Below, one piece after another: positions 51,721-64,000 of a DNA stretch of 64,000 nt. The notes under the pieces were generated by a model. It searched no databases and was not told the DNA's origin. It saw only the letters and a program-made list of their open reading frames with translations. This DNA comes from Malacoraja senta (Eukaryota): positions 434,001 to 498,000 of the forward strand of contig JAXLNO010000051.1 in assembly GCA_038087875.1 (NCBI GenBank). The letters are read 5' to 3'. Position numbers and translations under genes: made by a program. Every line of letters begins with the position of its first letter. The first letter of the stretch is position 1.

Positions 51721-54343
51721 GAAGGTTCGTCGATTTTTGCGTGCTGAATATTTCTCACTTTTCCCGTGCTGAATTTTTGTAGCTTTTTGCATGCTGAATT
51801 TTCTTTGCTTTTCAGGTGCTGAATTTTAGGTGCTTTACACGTTCTGAAATTTCGTCACTATTCGTATTCTGAATGTTCGTCACTTTTCGCATGCTGAATT
51901 TTCGTCACATTTTGCATGATGAATTTTCGTCGCTTTTCGCGTCCTGAAGTTCATAACTTTTCACGTGCTGAATTTTGATCGCTTTTCTCTGGCTGAATTT
52001 TCGTTACTTTTCGCATGCTGAAATTTCGTCCCTTTTCACGTCCTGAAATTTTGTCGCTTTATGCGTCCTGATGTTTCATCGCATTTCACGTCCTGAATTT
52101 ACGGCACATTTCGTGTGTACTGCATTTTTGTTGCTTTTCGTGTGCTGGATTTTTGTCACTTTTCGCATGCTAAATTTTTGTCGCTTATATGTGCTTCATT
52201 TTCATCACTTTTCGCGTCCTCAAGGTTCATCACTTTTCGTGTGCTGAAATTTTGCTGCTTTTCTCGTTCTGAAAATTCATCGTTTTATGCGTCCTGTAAT
52301 TTCGTCGCTTTTTGCTTGCTGAATTTTCGTTGCTTTTCGCGTACTGAATTTTCGTTGGTTTTCGCGTGCTTCATTTTCATCGCTTTTCACGTCCTGAAGG
52401 TTCCTCTCTTTTCGAGTGCTGAATTTTCATTACTTTTTGCGTGCTGAATTTTCCTTGGTTTCGCGTGCTTCATTTTAATCGCTTTTCGCGTCCTGAAGGT
52501 TCCTCTGTTTTCGTGTGCTGAAATCTTGCCGCTTTTCTCGCTGTGAAATTTCGTCACTTTATGTGTCCTGATATTTCGTTGCTTTTTCACATGCTGAATT
52601 TTTGTCGCCTTTTGTGTGCTGAAATGTTGGCGCTTTGCGTGTGATAAAATGTCGTCGCTTTTCATGTTCTGAAATTTCGTTGCTTTTTGCGTCCTGTAAT
52701 TTTGTCGCTTTTCGCATGCTGCATTTTCGGCGCTATTTGTGTGCTGAAATGTCGGCGCTTTTCGTGTGCTGTTATTTTGTCACTTTTCACATCCTGAAAT
52801 TTAGTCACTTTTGGCATGCTGAAATTTCATCGCTTTATCCATCCTGCAATTTCGTCGCTTTATGCGTCCTGTAATTTCGTCGCTTTATGCGTCCTGTAAT
52901 TTTGTCGCTTTTCGCATGCTGAATTTTCGTTGCTTTTCGCTTGCTGAATTTTCGTTGGTTTTCACGTGCTTCATTTTCATCGCTTTTCGCGTCCTGAAGG
53001 TTCCTCTCTTTTCGCGTGCTGAATTTTCGTCGCTTTTCCCGTGCTGAATTTTTGTAGCTTTTTGCATGCTGAATTTTTGTCGCTTTTCTCATGCTGAATT
53101 TTCTTTGCTTTTCATGTGCTGAATTTTAGGCGCTTTTCACGTTCTGAAATTTCGTCACTATTTGTGTTCTGAATGGTCGGCACTTTTCGCGTGCTGAATT
53201 TTCGTCACATTTCGCATGTTGAATTTTCGTCGCTTTTGCGTCCTGAAGTTCATAACTTTTCACGTGCTGAATTTTCATCGCTTTTCGCTGGCTGAATTTT
53301 CGTCGCTTTTCGCGTGCTAAAATTTCGTCGCTTTTCACGTCCTGAAATTTTGTCGCTTTATGCATCCTGATGTTTCATCGCATTTCACGTCCTGAATTTA
53401 CGTCACATTTCGTGTGCTGGATTTTTGTCACTTTTCGCATGCTAAATTTTCGTCGCTTATATGTGCTTCATTTTCATCACTTTTCGCGTCCTGAAGGTTC
53501 ATCAGTTTTCGTGTGCTGAAATTTTGGTGCTTTTCTCATTCTGAAAATTCATCGTTTTATGCGTCCTGTAATTTCGTCGCTTTTTGCATGCTGAATTTTC
53601 GTTGCTTTTCGCGTGCTGAATTTTCGTTGGTTTTCGCGTGCTTCATTTTCATCGCTTTTCGCGTCCTGAAGGTTCCTCTCTTTTCGCGTGCTGAATTTTC
53701 GTCACTTTTCGCTTGCTGAATTTTCGTTGGTTTTCCCGTGCTTCATTTGCTTCGCTTTTCGCGTCCTGAAGGTTCCTCTCTTTTCGCGTGCTGAATTTTC
53801 GTCGCTTTTCGCTTGCTGAATTTTCGTCGCTTTTCGCGTCCTGAATTTTCGTCGCTTTTCGCGTTCTGAAGGTTCGTCGAATTTTGCGTGCTGAATTTTC
53901 GTCGCTTTATGCGTGCTGAAGATTCCTCTCTTTTCACGTTATGAATTTTCGTCGCTTTTCACGTCCTGAATGTTCGTCGATTTTTGCGTGCTGAATTTTC
54001 GTCGCATTTCCCATGCTGATTTTTTGTAGCTTTTTGCATGCTGAATTTTTGTCGCTTTTCTCATGCTGAATTTTCTTTGCTTTTCATGTGCTGAATTTTA
54101 GGCGCTTTTCACGTTCTGAAATTTCGTCACTATTCGTGTTCTGAATGGTCGGCACTTTTCGCGTGCTGAATTTTCGTCACATTTCGCATGCTGAATTTTC
54201 GTCGCTTTTGCGTCCTGAAGTTCATAACTTTTCACGTGCTGAATTTTCATCGCTTTTCGCTGGCTGAATTTACGTCGCTTTTCGCGTGCTGAAATTTCAT
54301 CACTTTTCACATCCTGAAATTTCGTCGCTTGATGCATCCTGAT

Positions 54344-57300
54344 ATAACCATATAACCATATGACCATATAACAATTACAGCACGGGAAAAAGGTCATCTC
54401 GACCCTTCTAGTCCGTGCCGAACACGTATTCTCCCCTAGTCCCATATACCTGCGCTCAGACCATAACCCTCCATTCTTTTCCCGTCCATATAACTATCCA
54501 ATTTATTTTTAAATGATAAAAACGAACCTGCCTCCACCACCTTCACTGGAAGCTCATTCCACACAGCCACCACTCTCTGAGTAAAGAAGTCCCCCCTCAT
54601 GTTACCCCTAAACTTCTGTCCCTTAATTCTCAAGTCATGTCCCCTTGTTTGAATCTTCCCTACTCTCAATGGGAAAAGCTTATCCACGTCAACTCTGTCT
54701 ATCCCTCTCATCATTTTAAAGACTTCTATCAAGTCCCCCCTTAACCTTCTGCGCTCCAAAGAATAAAGCCCTATCTTGTTCAACCTTTCTCTGTAACTTA
54801 GTTTTTGAAACCCAGGCAACATTCTAGTAAATCTCCTCTGCACTCTCTCTATTTTGTTGATATCCTTCCTGTAATTAGGCGACCAAAATTGTACACCATA
54901 CTCCAGAATTGGCCTCACCAATGCCTTGTACAATTTCAACATTACATCCCAACCTATACTCAATGCTCTGATTTATAAAAGCCAGCACACCAAAAGCTTT
55001 CTTTACCACCCTATCTACATGAGATTCCACTTTCAGGGAACTGTGCACAGTTATTCCAAGATCCCTCTGTTCACCTGCATTCTTCAATTCCCTACCATTT
55101 ACCATGTACGTCCTATTTTGATTTGTCCTGCCAAGATGTAGCACCTCACACTTATCAGCATTAAACTCCATCTGCCATCTTTCAGCCCACTCTTCCAACC
55201 GGCATAAATCTCTCTGTGGACTTTGAAAATCTACTTCATTATCCACAGCCCCACGTATCTTAGTATCATCTGCATACTTACTAATCGAATTTACCACACT
55301 ATCATCCAGATCATTGATGTACATGACAAACAACAGTGGACCCAACACAGATCCCTGTGGCACCCCACTAGTCACTGGCCTCCAACCTGACAAACAACCA
55401 TCCACCATTACTCTCTGGCATCTCCCATTCAGCCACTGTTGAATCCATCTTGCTACTCTACCATTAATACCCAACCATTGAACCTTCTTAACCAACCTTT
55501 CGTGAGGAACCTTGTCAAAGGCCTTACTGAAGTCGATATATACAACATCCACGGCTTTACCCTCATCAATTTCCCGAGTAACCTCTTCAAAAAATTCAAG
55601 AAGATTAGTCAAACATGACCTTCCAGGCACAAATCCATGTTGACTGTTCCTAATCAGACCCTGTTTATCCAGATGCTGATATATATTATCTCTAAGTATC
55701 CTTTCCATTAATTTGCCCACCACTGACGTCAAACTAACAGGTCTATAATTGCTAGGTTTACTCTTAGACCCCTTTTTAAACAATGGAACAACATGCGCAG
55801 TACGCCAATCCTCCGGCACTGTTGCCGTTTCCAATGACATTTGAAATATTTCTGTCATAGCCCCTGCTATTTCTACACTAACTTCCCTCAATGTCCTAGG
55901 GAGTATCCTGTCCGGACCTGGAGACTTATCCACTTTTATATTTCTCAAAAGTGTCAGTACTTCCACTTCTTTGAATCTCATAGTTTCCATAGATACTCTA
56001 CTTGTTTCCCTTACCTCACATAATTCAATATCCTTCTCCTTGGTGAATACCGAAGAAAATAAATTGTTCAATATCTCCCCCATCTCTTTTGGCTCTGCAG
56101 ATACCTGTCCACTCTGACTCTCTAATGGACCAATTTTATCCCTCGTTATCCTTTTGCTATTAATATAGCTGTAGAAACTCTTTGGATTTACTTTCACCTT
56201 ATTTGCCAAAGCAACCTCATATCTTCTTTTAGCTTTTCTAAATTCTTTCTTAAGAATCGTTTTACATTTTTTATACTCCTCAAGCACCTCATTTACTCCA
56301 TGCTGCCTATAATTATTGTAGATCTCTCTCTTTTTCCGAACTATGTGTCCAATTTCCCTTGAAAACCATGGCTCTTTCCAATTTTTACTATTTCCTTTCA
56401 ACCGAACAGGGACATAAAGATTCTGTACTCTTAAAATTTCACCTTTAAATGTCCTCCATTTCTCTTCCACATCATTCCCATTAAACAAACTGTCCCAATT
56501 TACTCCTTTTAAATCCTTTCGCATCTCCTCAAAGTTAGCCTTTCTCCAATCAAAAATCTCAACCCCAGGTCCAGTTCTGACCCTCTCCATAATTATATTG
56601 AAACTAATGGTATTGTGATAACTGGTCCCGAACTGTTCCCCAACGCATACCTCTGCCACCTGACCCGTCTCATTTCCTAACAGGAGGTCCAGCACCGCGC
56701 CTTCTCTAGTAGGTACTTCTATGTATTGCTGCAAAAAACTATCCTGCACACATTTTACACACTCCAACCCATCCAGCCCATTTACAGAATGTGTTTCCCA
56801 GTCTATGTGTGGAAAATTGAAATCTCCCACAACCACTACCTTGTGCTTACTACTAATATCTGCAATCTCCTTACATATTTGCTCTTCCAATTCTCGCTCC
56901 CCATTTGGCGTTCTATAATACACCTCTATGAGTGTTGCTACCCCTTTCCCATTTCTCATTTCCACCCAAATAGCCTCCCTAGAAGAGCCCTCTAATCTAT
57001 CCTGCCAAAGCACTGCTGTAATATCTTCCCTGATAAGCAATGCAACACCTCCACCTCTTGCCCCTCCAATTCTATCACACCTGAAGCAACGAAATCCTGG
57101 AATATTTAGTTTGCAATCACAGCCCTCCTGCAACCATGTTTCACTGATCGCCACAACATCATACTTCCAGGTGTTAATTCAGGCTTTAAGTTCATCGACA
57201 TTCTTACAATGCTCCTAGCATTATAATATACACATTTAAGAAACCCAACCTCTCTTATTCTCTGTTTATTGTCGTTTTATTCTCTCTCCCCTACATTTTG

Positions 57301-57921
57301 GGTCAGAGTGCTTCCATTATCTGCCTCCTGCCTCCCACACTGACTGCTAGCTTTCCCGATTTGAGTCCCCCCCCAACCATACTAGTTTAAAGTCTCCCCA
57401 GCAGCCTTTGCAAATCTACCCGCCAGGATATTGGTCCCCCTCGAGTCCAAGTGCAACCCATCCTTTCTGTACAGGTCGCACCTTCCCCAAAAGAGGTCCC
57501 AATGATCCAGAAACTTGAATCCATACCCATTGCACCAGTCCCTCATCCACTCATTTATCCTCCACCTCGCTCCATTCCTACTCTCACTGTCGCGTGGCAC
57601 AGGCAGTAATCCTGAGATTTTTACCTTTGCAGTCCTTCTCCTTAACTCTCTACCTAACTCTCTAAATTCTTCTTTCAGGACCCTTCTCTTTATTTACCTA
57701 TGTCGTTGGTACCTATATGTACCACAACCTCAGGCTCCTCTCCTTCCCATTTCAGGATTTCTTCGACACATTCAGACACATCACTGACCCTGGCACCAGG
57801 GAGGCAAACTACCATCCGATTCTCCTGTCTGCATCCACAGAAACGCCTATCCGACCCCCTGAATATAGAGTCCCCTATTACAATTGCCCTCCTCTTGTTT
57901 TCCTTACCCTTCTGAGCACCA
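54344..57921 (-). mobile_element. CR1 LINE (mirror of 9249-12809); ORF2 mostly open (759 aa) but disrupted at both ends
   Basis: ORF1 IVIGDS...HIGTND; ORF2 54875..57154 (APE+RT) frameshifted into 54436..54963. Satellite junctions are the same as in the left copy. Confidence 0.95.
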
Positions 57922-60900
57922 GATGTTTCATCGCATTTCACGTCCTGAATTTACGTCGCATTTCGTGTGCTGAATTTTTGTTGCTTTTCGAATGATGGAT
58001 TTTTGACACTTCGCATGCTAAATTTTCGTCGCTTTTATGTGCTTCATTTTCATCGCTTTTCGTGTCCTGGTTCGTCACTTTTCGTGTGCTGAAATTTTGC
58101 TGCTTTTCTCATTCTGAAAATTCATTGTTTTATGCGTCCTGTAATTTCGTCGCTTTTCGCATGCTGAATCTTCGTCGCTTTTCGCGTGCTGAATATTCGT
58201 TGGTTTTCGCGTGCTTCATTTTCATCGCTTTTCACATCCTGAAGGTTCCTCTCTTTTCGCGTGGTGAATTTTCATTACTTTTCGCGTGCTGAATTTTCGT
58301 TGGTTTTCGCGTGCTTCATTTTCATCGCTTTTCGCGTCCTGAAGGTTCCTCTCTTTTCGTGTGCTGAAATCTTGCCCCTTTTCTCGCTCTGAAAATTCAT
58401 CGCTTTATGCGTCCTGAATGTTCGTCACTTTTCGCGTGGTGAATTTTCGTCGCTTTTCGCATGATGAACTTTCGACGCTTTTCGCGTGCTGATTTTTCAT
58501 TGCTTTTCATGTCCTGACGGTTCGTCAATTTCTGCGTGCTGAATTTTCATTGGTTTTCGCGAGCTGAATTTTTTATCACTTTTCGCGTCCTGAAGGTTTG
58601 TCGCTTTTTGCGTGCTGAATTTTCGTCACATTTTGCATGCTGAATTCTCGTTGGTTTTCGCGTGTTTCATTTTCATCAGTTTTCACATGCTGAAGATTCC
58701 TCTCTTTTCGCGTGCTGAATTTTCGTCGCTTTTACATTGCTGAATTTTAGTCCCTCTTCGGGTGCTGAAATTTCGTCGCTTTTCTTATTCGGAAATTTCG
58801 TCGCTTTATGCGTCCTGATGTTTCGTCGCTTTCCGCGTCCTGAAATTTTGTCGCTTTTCGTGTCCTGAAATTTTGTCGGTTTTCGCATCTTGCATTTACA
58901 TCGCTTTTGGCATTTCGAATTTTCGTCGTTTTTCGCGTCCTTAAGATTCGTCTCTTTTCGCGAGCTGAATTTTCGTTGCTTTTAGTATGCTGAGATTTCG
59001 TCGCTTTTCACGTCTTGAAATGTCATCACTTTTCTTGTGCTGAATTTTCGTCACTTTTCCCGTGTTGAATTTTCATCGTATTTCATATTCTGAAATTTTG
59101 GCGCTTACTGTGTGCTGAATTTTTGTCGCTTTTCACGTCATGAAGGTTCGTTACTTTTCACGTGCTGAATTGTTGTTGCTTATCGTCTCCTGAAGGTTCG
59201 TCACTTTTCACTTGCTGAATTTTCATCGCTTTTCACAGGCTGAATTTTCGTCACTTTTCACATCCTGAAATGTCGTCGCTTTATGCGTCCTGATGATTCG
59301 TTGCTTTTCGCATGCTGAATTTTCGTCGATTTTTTTGTGCTGAAATTTCGGCGTTTTCGTGTGCTGAAATTTCGTCGCTTTGCATGTTCTGAAATGTCGT
59401 CGCTTTATGCGTCCTGTAATTTCGTCGCTGCTCGCATGTTGAATTTTCGTCGCTTTTTGTGTGCTGAAATTTCGGCGCTTTTCCTGTGCTGTTATTTTTT
59501 CGCTTTTCACATCCTGAAATTGAGTCACTTTTGGCGTGCTGAATTTCCGTCGCTTTTCGCGTCCTGAAGGATCATCGCTTTTCACATCCTGAATTGTTGT
59601 CGCTTTTCGTGTCCTGAAGGTTCGTCGTTTTTCGCGTCCTGAAGGTTCGTCACTTTTTGTTTTCTGAAATTTTGTTGCTTTTGTGTCCTGTCGCTTCATG
59701 CATCCTGAATTTTTGTTGCTTTTCGCATCTATAATTTACGTCGCCTTTGGCTTTTTTTTTATTTTCGGCGCCTTTCGCGTCCTGAAATTTCGTCACTTTT
59801 CGTGTGCTGAATTTTCGTCGCTTTTCTTGTGCTGAAATTTCGTCACTTTTCACGTTCTGAAATTTCGTCGCTTTATGCGTCCTGATGTTTCGTCGTGTTT
59901 CGCATGCTGAAGTTTTGTCACTTTTTGTGTGCTGAAATTTCGGCGTTTTTCATGTGCTGAAATGTCCTTGCTTTTCATGTTCTGATATTTTATCGCTTTA
60001 TTCGTCCTGTAATTTCGTCGCCTTTCACATGCTGAATTTTCGCCGATTTTGTGTGCTGAAATTTCGGCACTTTTCGTGTTCTGATATTTCGTCGCTTGTC
60101 ACGTTCCAAAATTTCGTCATTTTACGCGTGCTGAATGTTCGTCGCTTTTCGTGTGTTGAATTTTCATCACTTTTCACATGCTGAATTTTCTCGCATTTCA
60201 CGTGCTGAAATTTCGTCGCCTTTCATGTCCTGAAATTTCGTCGCATTTCATGTGCTGTAATTTCGTACACTTTATTTGTCCTGTGATTACGTCACTTTTC
60301 GCGTGCTGAATATTTGTCGCTTTTTGAATGCTGAATTTTCGTCGCTTTTTTCGTGCTTCATTTTCATCGCTTTTTGTGTCTTGAAGGTTCGTCGCTTTTC
60401 GCATGCTGAATTTTCGTCGCTTTTCGCATGCTGAATTTTTGTCGCTTTTCGCTTGCAAAATTTTCGGCTCTTTTTACGTTCTGAAATGTCATCACTTTTC
60501 GCGTGCGGAATATCCGTAACATTTTACGTCCTGAAGGTTTGTCGCTTTTCGCGTGCTGAATTTTCGTCACTTTACGCCTGCTGAATTGTCATTGGTTTTA
60601 AAGTCCTGAAGGTTCCTCTCTTATTGCGTGCTTCATTTTCATCGCATTTCGCCTCTTGAAGGTTTTTGCATGCTGAATTTTCGTCGATTTTTGTGTGCTG
60701 AAATTTCGGCGCTTTTCATGTGCTGATATTTCGTCGCTTTTCACGTGCTGAAATTTCGTCACTTTTGGTGTGCTGCATTTTCGTCGCTTTTCGCATGGTG
60801 AATTTTTCGTCACCTTTAGTATGCTGAAATCTCGTCACTTTTCATATCCTGCAATTTCGTCACTTTTCGCGTGCTGAATTTTCGTTGCTTTTCGCATGGT

Positions 60901-63900
60901 TATATTTGGTTGCTTTTCACGTCCTGAAATTTCGTCACTTGGCCTGCTGAATTTTAGTCGCTTTTCGCATCCTGAAGGTTAGTCACTTTTCACGTGCTGA
61001 ATGTTCACTGCATTTCGCGTGCTGAAATTTCATGACATTTTGCATGCTGAATTTTCCTCGCTTTTCTTGTCCCCAAGGTTTGTCGCTTTCCACGTGCCGA
61101 ATTATTGTCGCTCTTCATGTCCTGAAGGTTCGTCACCTTGCACGTGCTGAATTTTCGTCACTTTTCACGTCCTGAAGGTTCGTCACTTTTCGTGTGCTGA
61201 AATTTTGTCGCTTTTCGTGTCCTGAAATTTTGTTGGCTCATGCATCCTGAACTTTTGTCACTTTTCACAGCTTGAATTTACTTTGCGTTTGGCATTTGGA
61301 ATTTTCATCGCCTTTCGCGTCCTGAAGGTTTGTCACCTTTCGCGTGCTGAATTTTCGTCGCTTTTCGCATGTTGAATTTTCATCGCTTTTAGTATGATTA
61401 TTTGTCACTTTTCACGCCCTGGAATCTCGTCACTTTTCGTGTGCTGAATTTTCATCACTTTCGCGTCCTGTAGGTTCGTCACTTTTCCCGTGGTGAATTG
61501 TTGTCGCTTTTCGTGTCCAGATGGTTCGTCACTTTTCACTTGCTGAATTTTCATCGCTTTACACAGGCTGAATTTTCGTCGCCTTTCGCGTGCTGAAATT
61601 TCGTCGCCCTTCATGTCCTGAAATTTCGTCGCCTTTCACATTCTGAAATTTCATTGCTTTATGCGTCCTGATGTTTCATCGCTTTTCGCTTCCTGAAATT
61701 TCGTCGCTTTTTGCGTCCTGATGTTTCGTCGCTTTTCGAATGCTGAGTTTTCGTTGATTTTTGTGTGGTGAAATATCGTCGCTTTTCGTATGCTGAAATT
61801 CCGTCTCTTTTCATGTTCTGAAATTTCGTCGCTTTATGCGCCCTGCAATTTCGTCGCTTTTCGCATGCTGAATTTTCGTCGCTTTTTGTGTGCTGAATTT
61901 TCGGCACTTTTCGTGTGCTGTTATTTTGTCGCTTTTCACATCCTGAAATTTAGTCACTTTTGGTGTGCTGAAATTTCGACGCTTTAGGCGTCCTGTAATT
62001 TCGTCGCTTTTTGCATGCTGAATTTTCGTCACTTTTCCCATGCTGAATGTTCGGCGCTTTTCAGGTTCTGAAATTTCGTCGCTTTTCGCGTGGTGAATTT
62101 TCGTCACATTTCGCATGCTTAATTTTCAGCGCTTTTCACGTGCTGAATTGTTGTTTCTTTTCATGTCCTGAGGTTCGTCACTTTTCACCTGCTGAATTTT
62201 TGTCGCTTTTCGCAACCTGACGGTTCGCACTTTGCGTGTGCCGAAATTTTGTTGATTTTCGTGTCCTGAAATTTTGTCTCTTCATGCATCCTGAAATTTG
62301 TCCGTTTTTGCACCTTCAATATACTTCGCTTTTGGCATTTTGAATTTTTGTCGCCTTTCACGTTCTGAAGGTTGGTCAATTTTCGCATGCTGAATTTTCG
62401 TCGCTTTTCACATGGTGAATTTTCGTCGCTTTTAATATGCTGAAATTTCGTCACTTTTCACGTCCTGAAATTTAGTCACTTTTGGCGTGCTGAAGGATCG
62501 TCACTTTTCGTGTGCCGAACCTTTGACGCTTTTGTCCTGAAACTTTGTCGCTTCATGCATCCTGAAATTTTGTCGCTTTTCGCATGTTGAATTTATGTCG
62601 CTTTTGGCATTTTGAATTTTTGTCACCTTTTGCGTCCTGACGGTTCCTCATTTTTCGCCAGCTGAATTTTTGTCGCTTGTAGTATGCTGACATTTCGTCG
62701 CTTTTCATGTGCTGAATTTTCATCACTTTTCACGTTATGAAATTTGGTCACTTTTTGCATGCTGAAATTTTGTCGCTTTTCACGTCCTGGTTTGTCACTT
62801 TTCATGTGCTGAATTATTGTCGCTTTTTATGTCCTGAAGGTTCGTCGCTTTTCACTTGCTGAATTTTCATCGCTTTTCACAGGCTGAATTTTCGTCGCTT
62901 TTTGCGTGCTTTCGTTGCCTTTTCATGTCCTGAATTTTCGTTGCCTTTCACGTCGTGAAATTTCGTTGCTTTATGCGTCCTGATGTTTCATCGCTTTTCA
63001 CATCCTGAAATTTCATCACTTTATGCAACCTGATGTTTCGACACTTTTCGCATGCTGAATTTTCGTTGATTTTTGTGAGCTGAAATTTTTGCGCATTTCC
63101 TGTGCTGAAATTCGATCGCTTTTCATGTTCTGAAATGTTGTCGCTTGATGTGTCCTGAATTTTCATCACTTTTCGCGTGCTGAATTTTTCTCGCTTTTCA
63201 CGTCCTGAAGGTTTGTCACTTTTCATGTGCTGAATGGTTGTTGCTTTTCACGTCCTGAAGGTTCATCACTTTTCACTTGCTGAATTTTCATCGCTTTTCA
63301 CAGGCTGAATTTTTGTCGCTTTTCGTGTCCTGAAATTTCTTTGCCTTTCACGTCCTGAAATTTCGTCGCTTTCTGCATCCTGATGTTTCGCCGCTTTTCG
63401 CATGCTGAATTTTCGACGATTTTTGTGTGCTGAAATTTCGGAGCTTTTCGTGTGCTGAAATTTGATCGCTTTTCATGTTCTGAAATTTTGTCGCTTCTTG
63501 CATCCTGAATCTTTCTCCGGTTTTGCACCTTCAATTTACGTCGCTTTTGGCATTTTGAATTTTCGTTGCCTTTCGCATCCTGAAGGTTCGTCAATTTTCG
63601 CGTGCTGTATTTTTGTCGCTTTTCACATGGTGAATTTTCGTCGCTTTTACTATGCAGAAATTTCGTCGCTTTCCACGTCCTGAAATTTCATCACTATTCG
63701 TGTGCTGAATTTTCGTCGCTTTGTGTGCAGAAATTTCGGTGCTTTTCGTGTGCTGAAATTTTGTCGCCTTTCACGTCCGGAAATTTAGTCACTTTTCGCG
63801 TTCTGAATTTTCGACGCTTTTCGCATGTTGAATTTTCGTCACTTTTTGTGTGCTGAAATCTTGGCGCTTTTTTGTGTGCTGAAATTTCGTCGCTTTTCAC

Positions 63901-64000
63901 GTTCAGAAATTTCGTCACTTTTCGCGTGCTGAATTTACGTCGCTTTTCGCGTCCCGAAGGATCGTCACTTTTCACGTGCTGAATTGTTGTTGCTTTTCAT
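57922..64000 (-). repeat. 25-bp satellite array (mirror of 2081-9248)
   Basis: Monomer-variant order is colinear with the left arm, e.g. 59223..59699 versus 7491..7964. Confidence 0.95.

Larger units (their letters stand above)
43910..51760. repeat. ~2871-bp tandem unit (satellite + truncated CR1), about 2.7 copies
   Basis: ORF ends 45834/48706/51577 and satellite pseudo-ORFs 43936/46808/49679 are offset by 2872 and 2871. Confidence 0.92.
43633..54343 (-). repeat. 25-bp satellite array (T-rich strand on +), interrupted by three CR1 copies
   Basis: GCGTGCTGAATTTTCGTCGCTTTTC monomers. Confidence 0.95.
34134..64000. repeat. Right arm of giant inverted repeat (continues past the window)
   Basis: Reverse complement of 2081-31412 with substitutions and arm-specific indels. 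Confidence 0.93.

Noticed and set aside
9249..57921. Whole structure as one giant transposon with terminal inverted repeats
   Set aside because: The arms are mosaics of unrelated decayed TEs and satellite, and the spacer has no transposase, integrase core or polymerase.

Overview
Eukaryotic, repeat-dominated vertebrate DNA. The repeat repertoire (CR1 with esterase ORF1, DIRS1, Penelope, RTE, Rex/Babar) suggests a cartilaginous fish, but that is inference. No host protein-coding gene is recognisable. Nearly the whole window is one giant inverted repeat: left arm ~2081-31412, right arm 34134-64000, and the right arm runs off the window edge. From outside inward, each arm carries a CpG-rich 25-bp satellite array with an embedded CR1 LINE, a truncated DIRS1 element, minisatellites, Penelope/RTE/SINE fragments and ~0.9 kb of mostly unassigned sequence. 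The arms differ by a few percent and by arm-specific events: a second, complete-ended DIRS1 in the left arm, a 1137-bp satellite duplication in the left arm, and a ~2.87-kb satellite+CR1 unit repeated about three times in the right arm. The spacer holds a compact GC-rich element that looks like a bidirectional promoter (two identical outward-facing TATA 13-mers about 200 bp apart, four MYB-type sites, NRF1-like, CRE, CCAAT and GC boxes), plus TE fragments and a 200-N assembly gap. My leading hypothesis is a divergently transcribed, A-MYB-type piRNA/ncRNA locus on a palindrome. The main caveat is the gap at the inner end of the right arm, so an assembly or haplotype artefact must be excluded.
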